A stretch of 64,000 nt of DNA from Anthoceros angustus. Lineage: Eukaryota; Plantae; Anthocerotophyta. Where the stretch lies: contig VJWM01000323.1 of assembly GCA_010909165.1 (NCBI GenBank), positions 5,738-69,737 on the forward strand. Direction: 5' to 3'. Of the stretch, positions 11,105 through 24,708 are shown one piece after another (within the stretch, counting starts at the first letter, position 1; every line of letters begins with the position of its first letter). The position numbers and the translations under genes were made by a program. Below the pieces are notes generated by a model. It saw nothing but the letters and a program-made list of their open reading frames with translations. It was not told the origin of the DNA and made no database searches.

Positions 11105-14100
11105 TGTGGTAGGGAAAACCCCGGGCACTCCCGAGGTCCTCCCACTATAGCGGCCACACTTATCCCATTGTCGCTTCGTACGTTGGGTTTCGTCCCATGA
11201 GACTTGTGTGAAAGTTCCAGGCCTTGTGATCGCCGATCGCTACCTGCAGAGACACAAATTCTCAGCCTTCTCAACGAGCAAGGCGCCCTCCACTCTCCCT
11301 CTTACAAGAGTGCACCACTTGCGCGCTCAAAAATCGCCAATCCTCGACCTACATACAACACACCGGTGCCCCGCCGAGGGAGCCTATCACGGCGCCTGTG
11401 ACCCCCGATCCACACCGCGATTTCGTCCCTACTAAGACCACTCTTCTCCACCTGTGAGCGCTTTACTTGCATTTGGGATTCCCTTAGGCTCGCCTGTGGC
11501 CTTCCACCAACACCCACCTCTAATCCTCTACTCATCTTCTCATCTCTCATCCTCTTCCTCCTATTCTAACCTCGCTTTCATCGGTTTCTCGACCGCTTAC
11601 GACAACCGCTGGGTCGGCCTCCACCAAGTTCTTCCTTGGCTTGCTGAGTTTGACACGAGAACCTCCCAGGAGTCTTTCCCCTCAAGCCGAGAGTTCCCCG
11701 GCATTGCCACACACCCAAAGCAAAGCAATTTCACACAACCATTCACAAGGGGAGCAACTCGTTTAGGCACTTGCAGGAGCAAGTCCTCCACCAAGCACTC
11801 CGACCACCGCGACTTCCTCTCTACCGAGACTGCTGTTGGCTCACACCGCACGAAATTCCTCTGTAATGGCAAAGGACTCGAGGGTGGAAGCGCAAGACAT
11901 GATACTTTACTTTGTGAAATCCTCCTCCTCTTATAGGAGGCCTTCATACACCTCCCTTAGGTGACCCTACCGCAGTCACCTTTTCCAATTTTCTATTATT
12001 TCCTACAAGATTTAATGTCCTGCATCTAAGTCATTGTCGATCCTTGGTAAATTCTATTCTAGTAACTTCACCTAAGACCATCCTTAAGGATGTCACACCA
12101 TCATCCTTCTATTCTTCCCAAAGCTCATTTATGGTCATTGACCATTCTAGTCCTTATCGCTGGTGGACGTGTCTTGTGGGATTGGCTCCTCGCCTCCTTT
12201 TGCTCTGCCTTCCCGCATCTTCCTAATGTGTGGGGTACAATCTGCCCCCTTCCTCCATCTCTGCGGGCGGCATTCCTTCCATTTCGCCTCCGGCCAGCGC
12301 GCCTTTTCTCCTCCGCCGCTCTGGCCTTCATCGCACTACCGCGGTAGTCCGGACATCGGTACACTACCTACCATGGTAGTCGCCCTATCTCCTTCTTCTC
12401 CTTCCTCCATCGGTGATCTTCGGGGTGAGTTCCTCTCCTTCCTTGCCGTTGATTTGTCCATACCTATCATGGAGCATGTCTTCTCTTCCCCATTGTCACC
12501 ATGCACTAACTCTCCGGCCTTTTGCTGGTCCTCTCCTCGGCCCGGCCTCCCTTATCGTGGGTGAGGGAACTCACCCTCCCCTTCCTCGGCTGACACTTAG
12601 TCTCCTCCGGGGTTGTCTCCCCACCACCTGCTCCTCCTCAGGGTATACTACCGGACCCCGGCTCCTTCATCCTCGCCAGCCTCGCCCGACTCCCCAGCCC
12701 GCGCCTGCACCCTACCCCTAGTCCGCACACAGAGTGTGGTTGTCACCGGACCGCGACTGTGGTAGTGGTCACCCACCGTGGTAGGTTGACCCCTGTGAGG
12801 GTGGGCTTCCTCCGCGCCACCTTCTACCTTGGCGCCACGGCCGCCTCCTTCCCTCCCGACTCCTCGATTCCTGAGTCCATTTCCCGATGGCCTCATCAAA
12901 ATCGGAGGCCTCTGGCTGCACTTGCAGCTCCTTTCTCCATCATCATGAGGACCCAATGTCCTCCTCTTGGCCAAACGCAAGACTCATTGTTGGCCTTCAA
13001 AATCTATTGTGGAGGTGAGCCCCAAGCTATGATATTGCATTTGGAGATCATCAATCTCCGTGGGCCACTCTCCATCTTCACACCTACCTTGTAGGCGTCC
13101 CTTGAGGTGGTCAATTCCCCACCTTGACATGGAGGGTCACATTCTCCTCCCTCACTTTACTTGGCCAATTTTGCTCAAGGGCATAGTCCGCCCAAAATCG
13201 CTTCTCACCACCGATTCTGCACCACCTTCTTGTGATGCTCCTCCTCTTGGAACCTCCTTTGTTCCAGAGCCTGCTTGGCAAGTCTCTTCCTTCTCCACTT
13301 GCCACCACTCTTTCTTGCCGATCTTGAGCCTAGCGCCTTCTTCCAAATTGAACCGGTCCTTCCTCCTCTTCCATGTCCCGGATTTTGATGGCTTGGGTAG
13401 CCATCACTGCTCTGCGTCCAATTGCCGGACGCTATCTTCTCCTTCCGAGAGCCTCTTTTTGCCCTTCGCTCTTGCTCTAATTGGGCAAAATGCTCCGCCT
13501 GCCTCCATGAATTTGGGTTGTTGCCCGAATGGCTCTCTTCTTCAGACACCTTCCCTCTAGGACCTTCTCCACCGCTCATCCATGAGGTCGCTGAGCTTCT
13601 ACCTTTTCCACGCCTTTTCATCGGACTCCATGGCCTCCAATTGCCATTAGTCCCCGCCTTCCTCCGGCCATGTCTTGAGATTTCACTTCCTCTTGGCATG
13701 CCCACAAGGAGGCTGCTAGGTCCCTAGCCCCTTCTTCAAATCCGAGTGCTTCACAAGCACCCAAGAAATTCTCCTAGGGGTCCTAATTCCCCCTTTCTTG
13801 CTGGAAATTTCCAGCTCTCACTCGGGCCATCGCGGCGCGCTGGTCCCTCACTCGCTCCATCCGCCTCCCACCCGGAGGGAGATGGGCCTCGGCGCCGCCT
13901 CGCTTCTTCCCTTCCTGCCAGAGGCTCGCTACCGGGTGCCGCCTACCGCGGTAGTGCCTACCTACCATGGTGATCGCCTACCACGGTAGGCCGCCCACCC
14001 TTGGTAGACGCCTCCCGGGGTAGTCGGGGTGCCTCTCTAGGCACAAATGAGATGGTGGGACTCCCCCACCCTTCTGTCACCCCCGTGGTAGTCCTTCTCT

Positions 14101-15887
14101 CATAGACCACCATTCGGCCTTCCTCGGCCGGTTCCTCCTCTCCCTTGCTCCTGAAAGATTCCCACTCCGCAACCTTGTTGCCTCCACATCCTTCTCCTCT
14201 TGCTTCTAGCATGCTTGTGGAGGTCGACCTCCCACCGCCTCAATGCAAAAGGCAAAGGCCTTTCCAACTTGGTGGAGATGGATGACTCAAAGGATGCCAA
14301 GCATCTTCAAGCTCCTTGCTTGTGAGAAGCCCCTCGTTTCCCACAAATGCACCAAATAGGTGCTAGGTAGCCTTGGCCCTTCCTCATCCACCGAATTTGG
14401 CTTGAGGAGCTTCTCTGGTGGATGTACGCTTCATACATGATGGTTCCCCAATCCGCTTGGCTCCCATGGAAATCTTCCACAAAATTGGAGGAAGTTGGTG
14501 AAATAAGAAGTGCGTTGGTAATTTACCAACCCCAAGACAATCTTTGAAGAGCCTCCACTTCACCTCCTTGATGCTCCAGCCCATTCTGGGCCTTCACCTC
14601 CATCCATCATGTCAAGGAATTCTGGAATGTCGGAGAGGGCCTCTTCCTCCATTCGACCTTTCGAGGAGAGCAATTCGAGCTCTCCTCCTCCGGCTCCATA
14701 CACTGTCCGATGCCCGAACAGGATCCCATTCCTCCGGTGCAAGGGCTCGATTGATGGAGGTTGATGTAACACTCCTCAATCAATTCCAAATTGGTGTAGG
14801 CCCATTGGCCATACACCCATCCCAATTGGATGTTTTCCTCCGCCTTGCCGAAAATCAACCAAATCGGGGTTGAGCTGCCAAAGCAAGTGAATTGAGGCAT
14901 CTCGACCTCACCGTGCTCCTTTTCCTTTCCTCCTCGCGAGGAAGAGCCTGGCTGTGGCTCCTTCCCTTGCCTTTCCTCGAGGCATGGTGGCTCTTCTTCC
15001 CAAGCCAAGGAAGGAAATTACTCCAATTTGAGAGCTTCAAAATTTCACACTCAACAAACCTCTTCCTTGTTGTGGTAACACACTTCAGACACGTTAGCCC
15101 GGCTTGAATTTTCCAGCTGCGCCAACCTCCTCCGTGGTCCTTCTTCCAGGCGTAGCGCCGCCACCAATTCACAACGCTCTTCCCGCCTCAATTCCACGCC
15201 ACGCCTCAAGTGCTCCGCCTTCTTGGCTCGCACACTTCCTCCGTGGGGGCGTGGAGAGCTCCCTTCGCTTGCACGCGCTTTCTCCTTCCACCGGTCTCCC
15301 GCCACTGGTCTTCTTTCTCGGGAGCGCGCTCGCCTCCCGCTTGCGGCGATGGCGCGGCGATGGCGGCCTTCCTTCCTTCCTGCTCACGCCCAACTCCAGC
15401 TCGTCTAGCTTTTGCGAAGTGGAGGGCGCGGTCCAAAACCGCACTTTGCCCCTTTGGATGTCTCGCCACCGGCGGTGCACAACCCTAGATTGGATTCATC
15501 ATTCCAAAATCCTAATTCTATCTATTTTCCTATCCTCGCTATTCCTAATTAATCGCTTAATCATTTGATATATTTATTCCTATCGATGAGCATATATAGT
15601 GGATATCCTCTATTCTAAATTCTAGTTTAGAGCCTTCAGTCTCCCCGATAGTCCGCCTTCCTCTCACCGACGTAGTGTGTGGCTACGGTAGTGCCACCCA
15701 TCACCTTCTGACCGCCCTATCTCGCCAAGGGTCATTTTGACCCGCTTTTCCTAAGATATCCTCTCTTCCCTAAAGATCCTACAACTCCAGCTTCAAGATT
15801 TGAAAAATTCAGCATGATCCTTCAATCGTAGCCAAAAAAATCAAACTTGCCGGCTCTTTTGGTGGTTGCCCAAACTTACGCTCCACA
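11105..15887 (-). mobile_element. Giant (~4.78 kb) solo-LTR-like insertion of an Athila-like Gypsy family (family A)
   Basis: Begins TGTGGTAGGGAAAACCCCGGG and ends GCCCAAACTTACGCTCCACA. Perfect 5-bp TSD CTAGG (11100-11104 / 15888-15892). Termini match the LTR ends next to the PBS (3963) and the PPT (7211). Colinear with 32639-37342. Confidence 0.88.
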
Positions 15888-15892
15888 CTAGG

Positions 15893-17902
15893 ACAGAGAA
15901 GAGGTACAAATGCGAATTTAATGCTTCCCCAGTGTGAAGGCTAGGCGCTGGTGTGACATTGGGACGGGTGGAGATCAAAGCAATGCATGGGTATAGCCCA
16001 TTGGGCCTATGTCAACTTGGAGATGATAGAGGAATGATTTATAAACTTCACTATGCCGCCGGTGAACTTGAGGAACTAGAGAATAGGGATGCAAGGATCG
16101 ATCTGTGATGCCCAACACATCCGATGTATATGGAAGGCCGAGGATGACTCGAGGAGGAAGAGGAAGGCATGGAGCAAGATCCGCCACGGGAGACCTTCTT
16201 GCAAAGTGGAGAGCGTGGAGGCCATATAAGAAGTGACCCTACGTCCGTAGGAGGTGTAGAGGGTGGCCCTACATCCGTAGGATCACCAGGCGTGCGACGG
16301 CATCTAGAGGTAATTGAAGGGTTGGTGGTAGCTTGGAGGTGGGCTCATTGCTTGGGGAGACTTTCTTAGAGGAGGACAGTATAATGCTTGTCAACCCGAG
16401 GGTGTGTTGACTAGCTAGATAGGAATGTTGACAGAGCCATTAAGGCTCACATAGGTGAAGTTTGCTAGAATAGAATTTTACCCAAGATGCTTGGATGTCG
16501 AACTTAAAGTCGACAGGGATACACTAGAATAAGGAGTGAGGCAGGGAGGGCGCGTGGGAGGTCAGTATGTGAGGACCTCCCTATAAAAGGAGGGAGCTTG
16601 TGAAGTAAAATTATCGTCTTGCGCCCCAAACTCGCGAGTCCTTTGCTCCTTGTGAAGGAATTTCGTGCGCCGCAAGCTAACGCAGGTCCGGTAGAGAGAG
16701 GAGTTTTGTGGTCGGAGTGCTTGGCGGAGGGCTTGCTTGCGGGCGCCCGCAGTTGCTCCTTGTGAATGGTTGCCGTGAAATTGCTTTGCTTTGGGTGTGT
16801 GGCGATGCCCAAGGAACTCGGCTTGAGGGTAGACTACATGGAAAGACTCGGAGGTTCTCCCGTGTGCAAACTCATAGCAACCCAAGGAAGAACTTGTTGG
16901 CTTGTAGGCGCACTCCTGTCAGTAAGGGCGAGCTAGCTGGAGCTTGAAGTAAGGTTAGATTAGGAGGATGAGGAGTTGAGTTGAGGTGAGTGTTGAGGAG
17001 AATGTGGAGCTCGAATGTTGAGTAGAGGAGTAGGTAGAGATTAGGAGTAAGAAGAAGGCCCAAGTCGAGCCTAAGGGAGGGGTCCCAAATCGCACCAAAC
17101 CGAGACCGAAGCGGGCTAAGGTCTCAAAATCACGGGGTGGAGAAGTCGCTACCGTAGGGGGTCCCTGTGAGAGGCGATGGACCTACCGAGAGGGTGGGAC
17201 CTGACGTAGGGATGTCGTAGGTCCGGAGCGAGATCTCGAGCAGTGGAGGTGTCGTGGCTGCCAGGAGTTTTGTGGGCGCCAGTTGTAGTTGGAGCGCCGT
17301 GGCCGGAAGTTGGAGAGGCCTTGAACTAGGGCGAGGTAACTATGCGCGCGCCAGTGCCCCCACGGTGGTAGGCGCGCTGGGATAGGGTGTCTCCTCCCAC
17401 GTAGGAATGAGGGTGTGGCCCACCAATCGGATCTCCTACAACTCTCCTACAAGTGGTAGGAGGGTAGGCCCTACAATTGTTTGTTGTTGGTTGTAGGTCC
17501 CGAGGCGGCGATTCGACGGAGCGGGAGCCGCCGAGTTGGTGGTTGAGATGCCAATTGTGGGAAGGCATGGGAAAGGAATAGTGGAAGATCACGGGTGGTG
17601 AAGTCGCTGCAACGTAGGGGGTCCCTACGCAGGCTCGCGACCACCGGGGTGTGGACCCACCGAGGGGTGTCGCCAGGTAGAGGCGGTGAATTTACGGGCA
17701 AGGCAGGTGTAGCCTGAGAGGGAGCGTGAGAGGCCTTGCTTGTTTAGAAGGCCGAGGTAGTGTGTAGCCGCAGTAGCAGATTTCTCAAGATCCGACTGCT
17801 CCACAAGTCTCATGGGACGAAACCCAATGTATTTAAACGACAAAGGGATAAGTGTGGCCACTAGAGGGTGAATCTCTGAAGCCCCGGGATCTGCCTCCCA
17901 CA
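15893..17902 (+). mobile_element. LTR 3' portion of a related Athila-like subfamily (family B)
   Basis: 16135-17902 is a colinear diverged copy of 2440-3963 and ends GCCCCGGGATCTGCCTCCCACA. It continues the sequence interrupted at 11104. Confidence 0.8.
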
Positions 17903-18775
17903 AGAGGTGAGAGCAAAAGGAGGGCGGGAGCCAATCCAAAGGACATACCAACCTGAGATGAAGGACTAGGTATGGTCAAAGGCCATAAATGATGAGCAGG
18001 AGAATAGGAAGAGTAGGTGGTGTAAGACTGACATCCTTCGAGGATGATCTTAGGTGAAGTTGCTAGAATAGAATTTTACCAAGGATCGACAAGAACTTAG
18101 ATGCCGTGCTTTAAATGTCAAGTGTAGGAAATAATAGAATATTGGAAAAGGTGACCGCAGAGGGTCACCCAAGGAGGTTGTATGGAAGGCCTCCTATAAG
18201 AGGAGGAGGATTTCACAAAGTAAAGTATCATGTCTCGCCCATACTCGCGAGTCCTTTGCCCTTGTAAAGGAATTTTGTGCCGGTGAGCCAACGTGTCTGC
18301 AGAGAGGAAGTCATGTGGTTGGAGTGCTTGGTGGAGGACTTGCTCCCGCAAGTGCCTAAACGAGTTGCTCCTTGTGAATGGTTGCTGGAAATTGCTTTGC
18401 TTTGGGTGTGTGGCAATGCCTGTGGAACTCTTGAGGGTAGGCCACGTGGAAAGACTGGAGGTTCTCAGCTGTGTCAAACTCATAGCAACCGCCCAAGGAA
18501 GAACTTGCCGTGGAGGCCGACCCTGTCAGCCAGGCGGGCAGTCAAAGCCAAGAAGCCCGAATCCGAGGTTAGAATAGGAGGAAGAGGATGAGGAGATGAG
18601 TAGAGGATTAGAGTAGGTGTTAGTGGAAGGCCACAAAGAGCCTAAGGGACGAATCCCAACTGCAAGTAAAAGGGCGCCCCGAGTGGAGAAGAGTTGGTCT
18701 TAGAAGTAGGGACGAAATTGCGTGTGGATCGTGGGGTCCCTCGGCGCCCGTGATAGGCTCGCCGCAACGGACCAC
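17903..18775 (+). mobile_element. Fragment of a family A LTR
   Basis: Reverse-complement similarity to ~11380-12210 and ~32900-33720 (e.g. GAAATTGCTTTGCTTTGGGTGTGTGGCAATGCC). Confidence 0.8.
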
Positions 18776-18779
18776 CAAC

Positions 18780-21700
18780 GTTGGTCGATATCCGACCGCT
18801 GCCGAGTAAGGGCGGTGGCCCGGATCATTGTCCATCGAACCTACTCACCAAGGTGGATCACCTTGGTGATAATCTGGTATTCGCACGCGCCGCTGGGGAA
18901 GAGGGCGGACCGGGAAGGATTCGCCGCTTAGCTGTGGAGGCTCGCAAGCTGGACCGAGAAGCCTCGCCATCTGGGCCGCCCCCATACCGATCCATGTATG
19001 GGGGCATTGAGCTCCTCAAGGAAGGAGAGCTTGAGCGAGCCCGGAAGGACTGAGGCCCCGCCGAAGTGGAGCGGCAAGGGCGCCGAGGGAGGAGGCCGTC
19101 GTCAAGCCAAACGGACGGAGGAGGACGAGGGAGGGATTCCGACTCCATACGCCGAACGGACCCCTCACCACCTGTGGAAGTATGGGAAGAAATTCCCGCC
19201 TCCTCCGTGCCCCAACCAGAGGCCCAGCAGAAAGCCCGACCCAGCAGCCCCCGCACCCCATCACTCAGAGCCCGCAGGAGGGAGCCAAGAGACGCAAGAC
19301 CACTACCAACGGCACCCCGGGCGGTGCATTCTTCCCCGCCACCTGAGTGGCAAGAAGGCGGAGGAAGTGAGGAGGGGGGGGGACGCGCCTGTGGAGTGGA
19401 GGACACAACAGCACATCGAGCCGGGTCCTGCCGAAGGGGCAAAGGCTTGCTCCCGACTCTCACCTCCTCCGAGCCCTGTGGAGGAAAAGGGCGAGCTCGC
19501 GCCAAAAGGGCCAAGGAGGGGAAGCTCGAGCCAAAGACTCGTGACCTAAGGGTCCCGATTAGGTCCGAGAACCCTCCCGACTTCGGACACAGATGGAGGT
19601 CCTGGACTGAGATGCCCGCCACGACTTTGTGGGAGCCTCATCAGCCGTGGAAGAAACACGGCGGTCCTGCCACTGGCCATGGACGTATGCTGGGGTCTCA
19701 TGGATGGCCGAGAAGACCTGTGGAGGTAAGCCACCCGAGGCGCATGGTACCTCCGTGAGCAGCTGGAGGGAGCCCAGAGGCGAGAAGGAAGGCCAAGCTC
19801 GGATTGAGGGAAAACGCCGGGAGGCGAGAGGGAGGTCCGTCCATCCGCAAGGACCGGACTAAATTCCTTCACCGAGGAAAGGCCAAGGAGGCCCAAGCGC
19901 GAGGACCTCGCAGTGAGGGGCGAGCGCAGAGAAGCGGAGGACGCCCGGGCGCAGCGTAACGGGCGCGGATCCGCGGAGGCAGACCGACCAGAGCCAAGCC
20001 GAGAGGCTCGTGAAGGTGGCCAAGGAGGCGGAGGCCACCGCGATCACGATCACTCGGCGTGATCGAACCGGTGGAGGAGGCGGCCGAGAGCCACGCCAAT
20101 GGCCGAGCAAGTGCGGAGCACCGACAAGCCGGGCAGAACACTGAGGCCAGACCGGAAATCGGGACCCTGTGGCATGCAGAGGTAGAAGGGAGGCGTGGAG
20201 TTGGAGGACAAGAAGGACACCTTGGAGTTACAACCCAAGACGCCGGAGCAGCAAGGAATTCTCAATGGGAGAATCCAGACTTCGAGCAGAGATAGAGCGC
20301 CCGCCTCAAGATGGAGCAGGAGGTGGCGAGCAAGCGCGACCAACCAGCCCAAGAAGTCGCGACAAGGAGATGGAGGATCTCCGACTCGGCCCCGGAGGTG
20401 GAGCAAGCAGGCAGGAGATGGAGGACCGCAAGGAGAGACTTTGAGCCGCAGCCCAAACTATCATTGAGAGGAATGGTAGTCTCAGGACATGGTCGCGAAC
20501 GCGACGGAAATAGAGCGCCCGCCTGCTGGCGGACGGCCGAACGGCGAACAGGAGTGACGCCGAGATGGAAAAGGGCCCGGTGAAGCGCAGCCCGCCGTGT
20601 TGCCCACCGTCTGGAGCGGAGATGGCGGAGTTACCGACGGAAGAGGAGGGCCGAAGGACAAGAAGCCGCTGGTCCACCGAGGAAGTCAAGGGAATGGCGG
20701 GCAACAACTAAAACGGAGGAGTTGGAGCAAGTGAGCAACAATGACGACCTGGAGGAGGTGACCGAGGCGCCGGCACCAAGGAGAAGCAGCCTCCGCCTAT
20801 CAACCCGGGCGGAGGTGGAGCAACAAGCGGCAAGCTCCCGAGCATCTATGGCGGGGAGTATCGGTGCTCCGCACACGTGGAAGAGGCAATCCAGCAAGTG
20901 GATTCGGACTTTGCCTATTACCACACCGAGCTCCTCTGAGAGGCCTCTCGCCACGCCACAGACGGCCCCTGGAAGGCCCTGAGGGGAAGAAGGGCACGGA
21001 GACAGGACCCTAGGGGCCCTGCTTGGAGACGACGGCACAAGGAGGGAGCCCCAGGGAGCGGGACGCAGCGGACCCCAAGGTAAGTTCACCACCACCCGAT
21101 CCAAGGGGGTGAGGGCCCAGGGTGCAACGGGGAGCCAACCCGACCAAGACAAGGGTCGGGTAAGGAGGAGGACCTAGCAAGACGAGGTCCACGGTGAAGG
21201 GGTCCGAGTTTGGAGATCGGACCCCACACGGACCGAGGTCCGAACCCGAGACGAGGGGACCCACGGCTGACGGAAATAAACCGGACCTTGGAGTTCAGTT
21301 CGAGTCGAGACCGACCTCGAGGTCCTGACCCAAGAAGGAGGAGCCCCTTCGACTTACGCTAGGGGAGCATGCGTGGCCCCACCGAGGGGGACCCACGGAA
21401 GGCTGTGGAGGATGACGTTGTGGTAACGGCGCCGCCGACCGCCGAGCCCAACCCGATGTGATTCCGGGAAAGGAGGGGTCCACCGCGGATCATCCGATTG
21501 CGATTGTCGGAGATTGGACCACCAATCCCGAACCGGACCTTCCCACCACCGCCGGCGAGATAGGAGGAGGGAAATAGGATGGTAGGCGGCGATTAGGCAT
21601 ACCGAGTCACCGTAATAGGGGTAATAAAGACGCCGACCGGCGTAGTATAAGAGGGTCTGCCCCAATAAATCATCTTTCCTTGGTGTTGATGCTGCTCTGC

Positions 21701-22247
21701 ACTCGTGTCTTCCCGATAACGTGAGTCCCGAGTCACCGAAAGGTGCACGACCGGAGGGATCGATCGGTCCCGTGACGGACCTAACGTGTTGTGGTGTGTG
21801 CAGGGAGTGGTGACTGGGGACCCGTGCTCGTCCCGCAGCCGCGCCACCGAACGGACCGGAACGTGTGAGCCGGAGGGACTTCGGGAGGGCGTGCGGCGCC
21901 CGGACGGAGAGGCCCGGTGGAACGACGGAGGAGGTCCGGACTGTGTAACCCGCGCGTCTTCCCTTAAGACCGATAAGTGTAGTGTGAGAGAGGAGTGGAC
22001 GAGAGGTGTGAGAGACGAACGGGAACGGAACGGACGCGAACGGGTCCTTAAACGTTTGGCCATACCGGCCTGTGCGGTGTTGTCGCGAGTAGTTAGACGT
22101 GAACTAAGGGGTGTGTGCGTTAGACCGAGTGACGAAGTAAGACTTTAAAATCGCCCGAACGCAAACGGAGTCCGCTATTCCCTTGGGAACGAACTCCTTC
22201 CTACAACGACACGGATTGTGCGCGCTTGCCAAGAAAGTCGGCGCACA
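18780..22247 (+). mobile_element. GC-rich Gypsy-like (Athila/Tat) remnant: decayed coiled-coil-like ORF region followed by LTR-like sequence
   Basis: E/R/A-rich frameshifted ORF pieces at ~19000-21000. TATA-like GTATAAGAGG (~21645) and AATAAA (~21664). The end motif CCCTTGGGAACGA..GTGCGCGCTTGC..GCACA resembles Athila LTR 3' ends. No pol domains seen. Confidence 0.5.
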
Positions 22248-23090
22248 TGGGCAATCCATAGAGAAGGTAGAGTCCCCGCCAATCGCTCTAATCTCGAGCC
22301 TTTGAAGATCACCGCTATCTCAATTCGATCCGACAGATACCTTTCATGTTTTTCCTGAACATGTACTCATGAAGTTAAACAGCAGATTTTTATCGCCAGC
22401 TTGAAGGCTGAAATCACCGCTACCTTCCTCACCGGATTTCGAAAGAGACTGAATCATTGAGATATCGGGGAGGCGCTTCATTTCCAATAGTCGCCCCTCA
22501 CAAGCTAATATCTCGCCGATCCGCAGTCTCCGGGTTCCACCAAACGGATTATTGGCCAAAGATCCGAATCCAGTTTCCGCCGCTGCGGGTATAATGCCTC
22601 ATCAAATCAAGCACTGCACTTCAGCACGCAATCTCCCAAGGCCCGCATTCCTACATGCGTGATAGCCCAACGTCCAAACAGATCGAGATTTCGCATCCTT
22701 CAGCGGGCATCCAAGACCAATTGGCCAGCCGCCACGCCTCGGATCTCACCGCTAGATCGCTGTCGTGGCGCCTTCGATTTTGTGCGCCCCGATTGGTGGA
22801 GAATCGCCCGATCGGCGGGGTGCAGATCCGGTGAGGATTCCGGGCGGCGCTGCTGCCGCTGCTGCTCGGGCCGAGCCGCCGAATGGTGCCCCGCCGCCGA
22901 ACTTAAATCGAAGCTTTTTCGGGCGCTTTGACTTCAATGAAAACTCGCTTGGAGTTTCTTTCAGATGAAACGGCCTCCGCTTCACCGTGTCCGCCTTGAT
23001 ATCAGTTCCCCGGCACCGAGCGCACGTGCCCCTGCTAGCTTGACGTGACTTCTTGGTATCTCGCCAACTCCTTATAAGTCGCCCTGCCTC

Positions 23091-23361
23091 CCCTACTAGA
23101 AAGGGCAGCTTATACATACTGTTGTTGCAATTTTATGTTACATTTAACTTGCAACATCATTTGAGGCTTGGTATTGTTTGTCATTTCTTTCCCCAAGTGG
23201 GCCTACAATCTTAACATTTAACTCGCTCTCTCTCTCCTACTACTACCCTCTTAACTACATCCCTCTCATATGCATTGTTTATGAATTCCCTCATGCAATT
23301 GCAACATGATCGAATAAGGGACCCTCTCTCTCTTCTCTTCCGCTCCCCCATCTTTATTACA
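23091..23361 (+). mobile_element. Truncated left end of the CCCTA-terminated DNA transposon
   Basis: CCCTACTAGAAAGGGCAGC start; ~270 bp near-identical to 24709-24975. Confidence 0.8.
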
Positions 23362-23713
23362 CTGCAAGTAAAAGGGCGCCCCGAGTGGAGAAGGTTGGTC
23401 TTAAGTAGGGACGAAATCATGGTGTGGATCAGGGGTCCCTGGCGCCCGTGATAGGCTCCTCTAAGGCAAGGTGACCTGCAATTGTGTTGTGTTGTTGTAG
23501 GTCGAGGATTGGTGATTTTTCTGAGCAAAGGTGGGTGAGTGGAGAGAGAGTAGAGGGCCTTGCTTGTTTAGGAGGTTGAGTTGTGTCACTCAGTAGCGAT
23601 TGTTTTCAAGACTCGAACTTTCACACGAAGTCTCATGGGACGAAACCCAACGACGATAGTGATAAGTGTGGCCGCTAGAGGGGAAGCCTCAAGCCCCGGG
23701 TTTTCCTCCCACA
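23362..23713 (+). mobile_element. 3' terminal fragment of a family A LTR
   Basis: GTCTCATGGGACGAAACCCAACG..GATAAGTGTGGCCGCTAG..GGTTTTCCTCCCACA, the reverse complement of 11105-11470. Confidence 0.8.
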
Positions 23714-24708
23714 CCCGATGATGACGCACATCATACCACAGTCCCCAAATGGTTTGTGGATAGTCGATGGTCGCTGTTAGTCCGCACTCACGCTTGATGC
23801 CAACATGACCACAAGAGGCGCTTGACCTACCGGGATCGTGTCACCAAATCATGGCGTGTTGCGTGAAGGTTGGAGGAGGCGGGTGCAGACCTCACCAAGG
23901 ATCCCTCGTGGTGTTCCTTGTACACCAAGGAACATGAATCAGATTCCACTGCGGGGATGAGTCCAGTACGTGGCCACGCCATGAAGAAGCGGATAATTCC
24001 CATGCATGCTAAGGCCGGGTTGTTTCAATTGAGGAAGGAGGGTGTTCACGGAAATCCCTCGTGGCCGATGCACCTTTCAAAGGAGAGAAGGGAGGTCACA
24101 AGCACGGGCCATTCCACCCCAAACCATTGAGCGAACATTTGTGGCGCTTAGGGACATGCAATGGTGGGTTTTGCAGAAGGCGTGCAAGGAGTTCCTTTAT
24201 CAAGAGCAACTCCGACGCGTGTCACGGGACTTCAAGCCATGCCGCAACAAGCAGCGCGTATACCAATGTCCAAGGCCAATTTCCATGAGCAACGTTATCG
24301 CTCGAGAATGGGAGGCGAGCAAGAGATATTTCTCGCCTCCCGTGGGACTTAGGTGTCAGAAAGGACAAGGTCATCACGCATATAATGGGAGCGCGATATC
24401 GGTGTTGTTTGCAAGCTTTTCAAGAGTATACCGTGATCGGCTCAGAGGCACGAGGAGTTGAAGAGCGTGGTGTTGCAATGCACCGTGGATGGGTTAAGAG
24501 GAATCAGCGACAACCATCTACATTCGGGAGCCGTTCGGATGGATAATGCCAAGTGAAAGGTTGCCAAACGTTGATGTGTTCCACAGGACACGCTCAAAGT
24601 TGGAGATCCACCCTGATCGCTGGATATGACACCCCATCTAGTATGAAGTTCGGTGTCGCATCCTTATTTTCTGACTCTCTGGAGGACCAACTTCCCGAAG
24701 GTTAGGAT

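Noticed and set aside
18858-21152. Overlapping long ORFs on both strands (173-254 aa)
   Set aside because: GC-rich, stop-poor decayed retroelement sequence; no frame gives a coherent known protein.
23714-24708. ORF-like unassigned DNA flanking the CCCTA element (continues at 27737-29065)
   Set aside because: I could not recognise any protein family or element termini; left unannotated.
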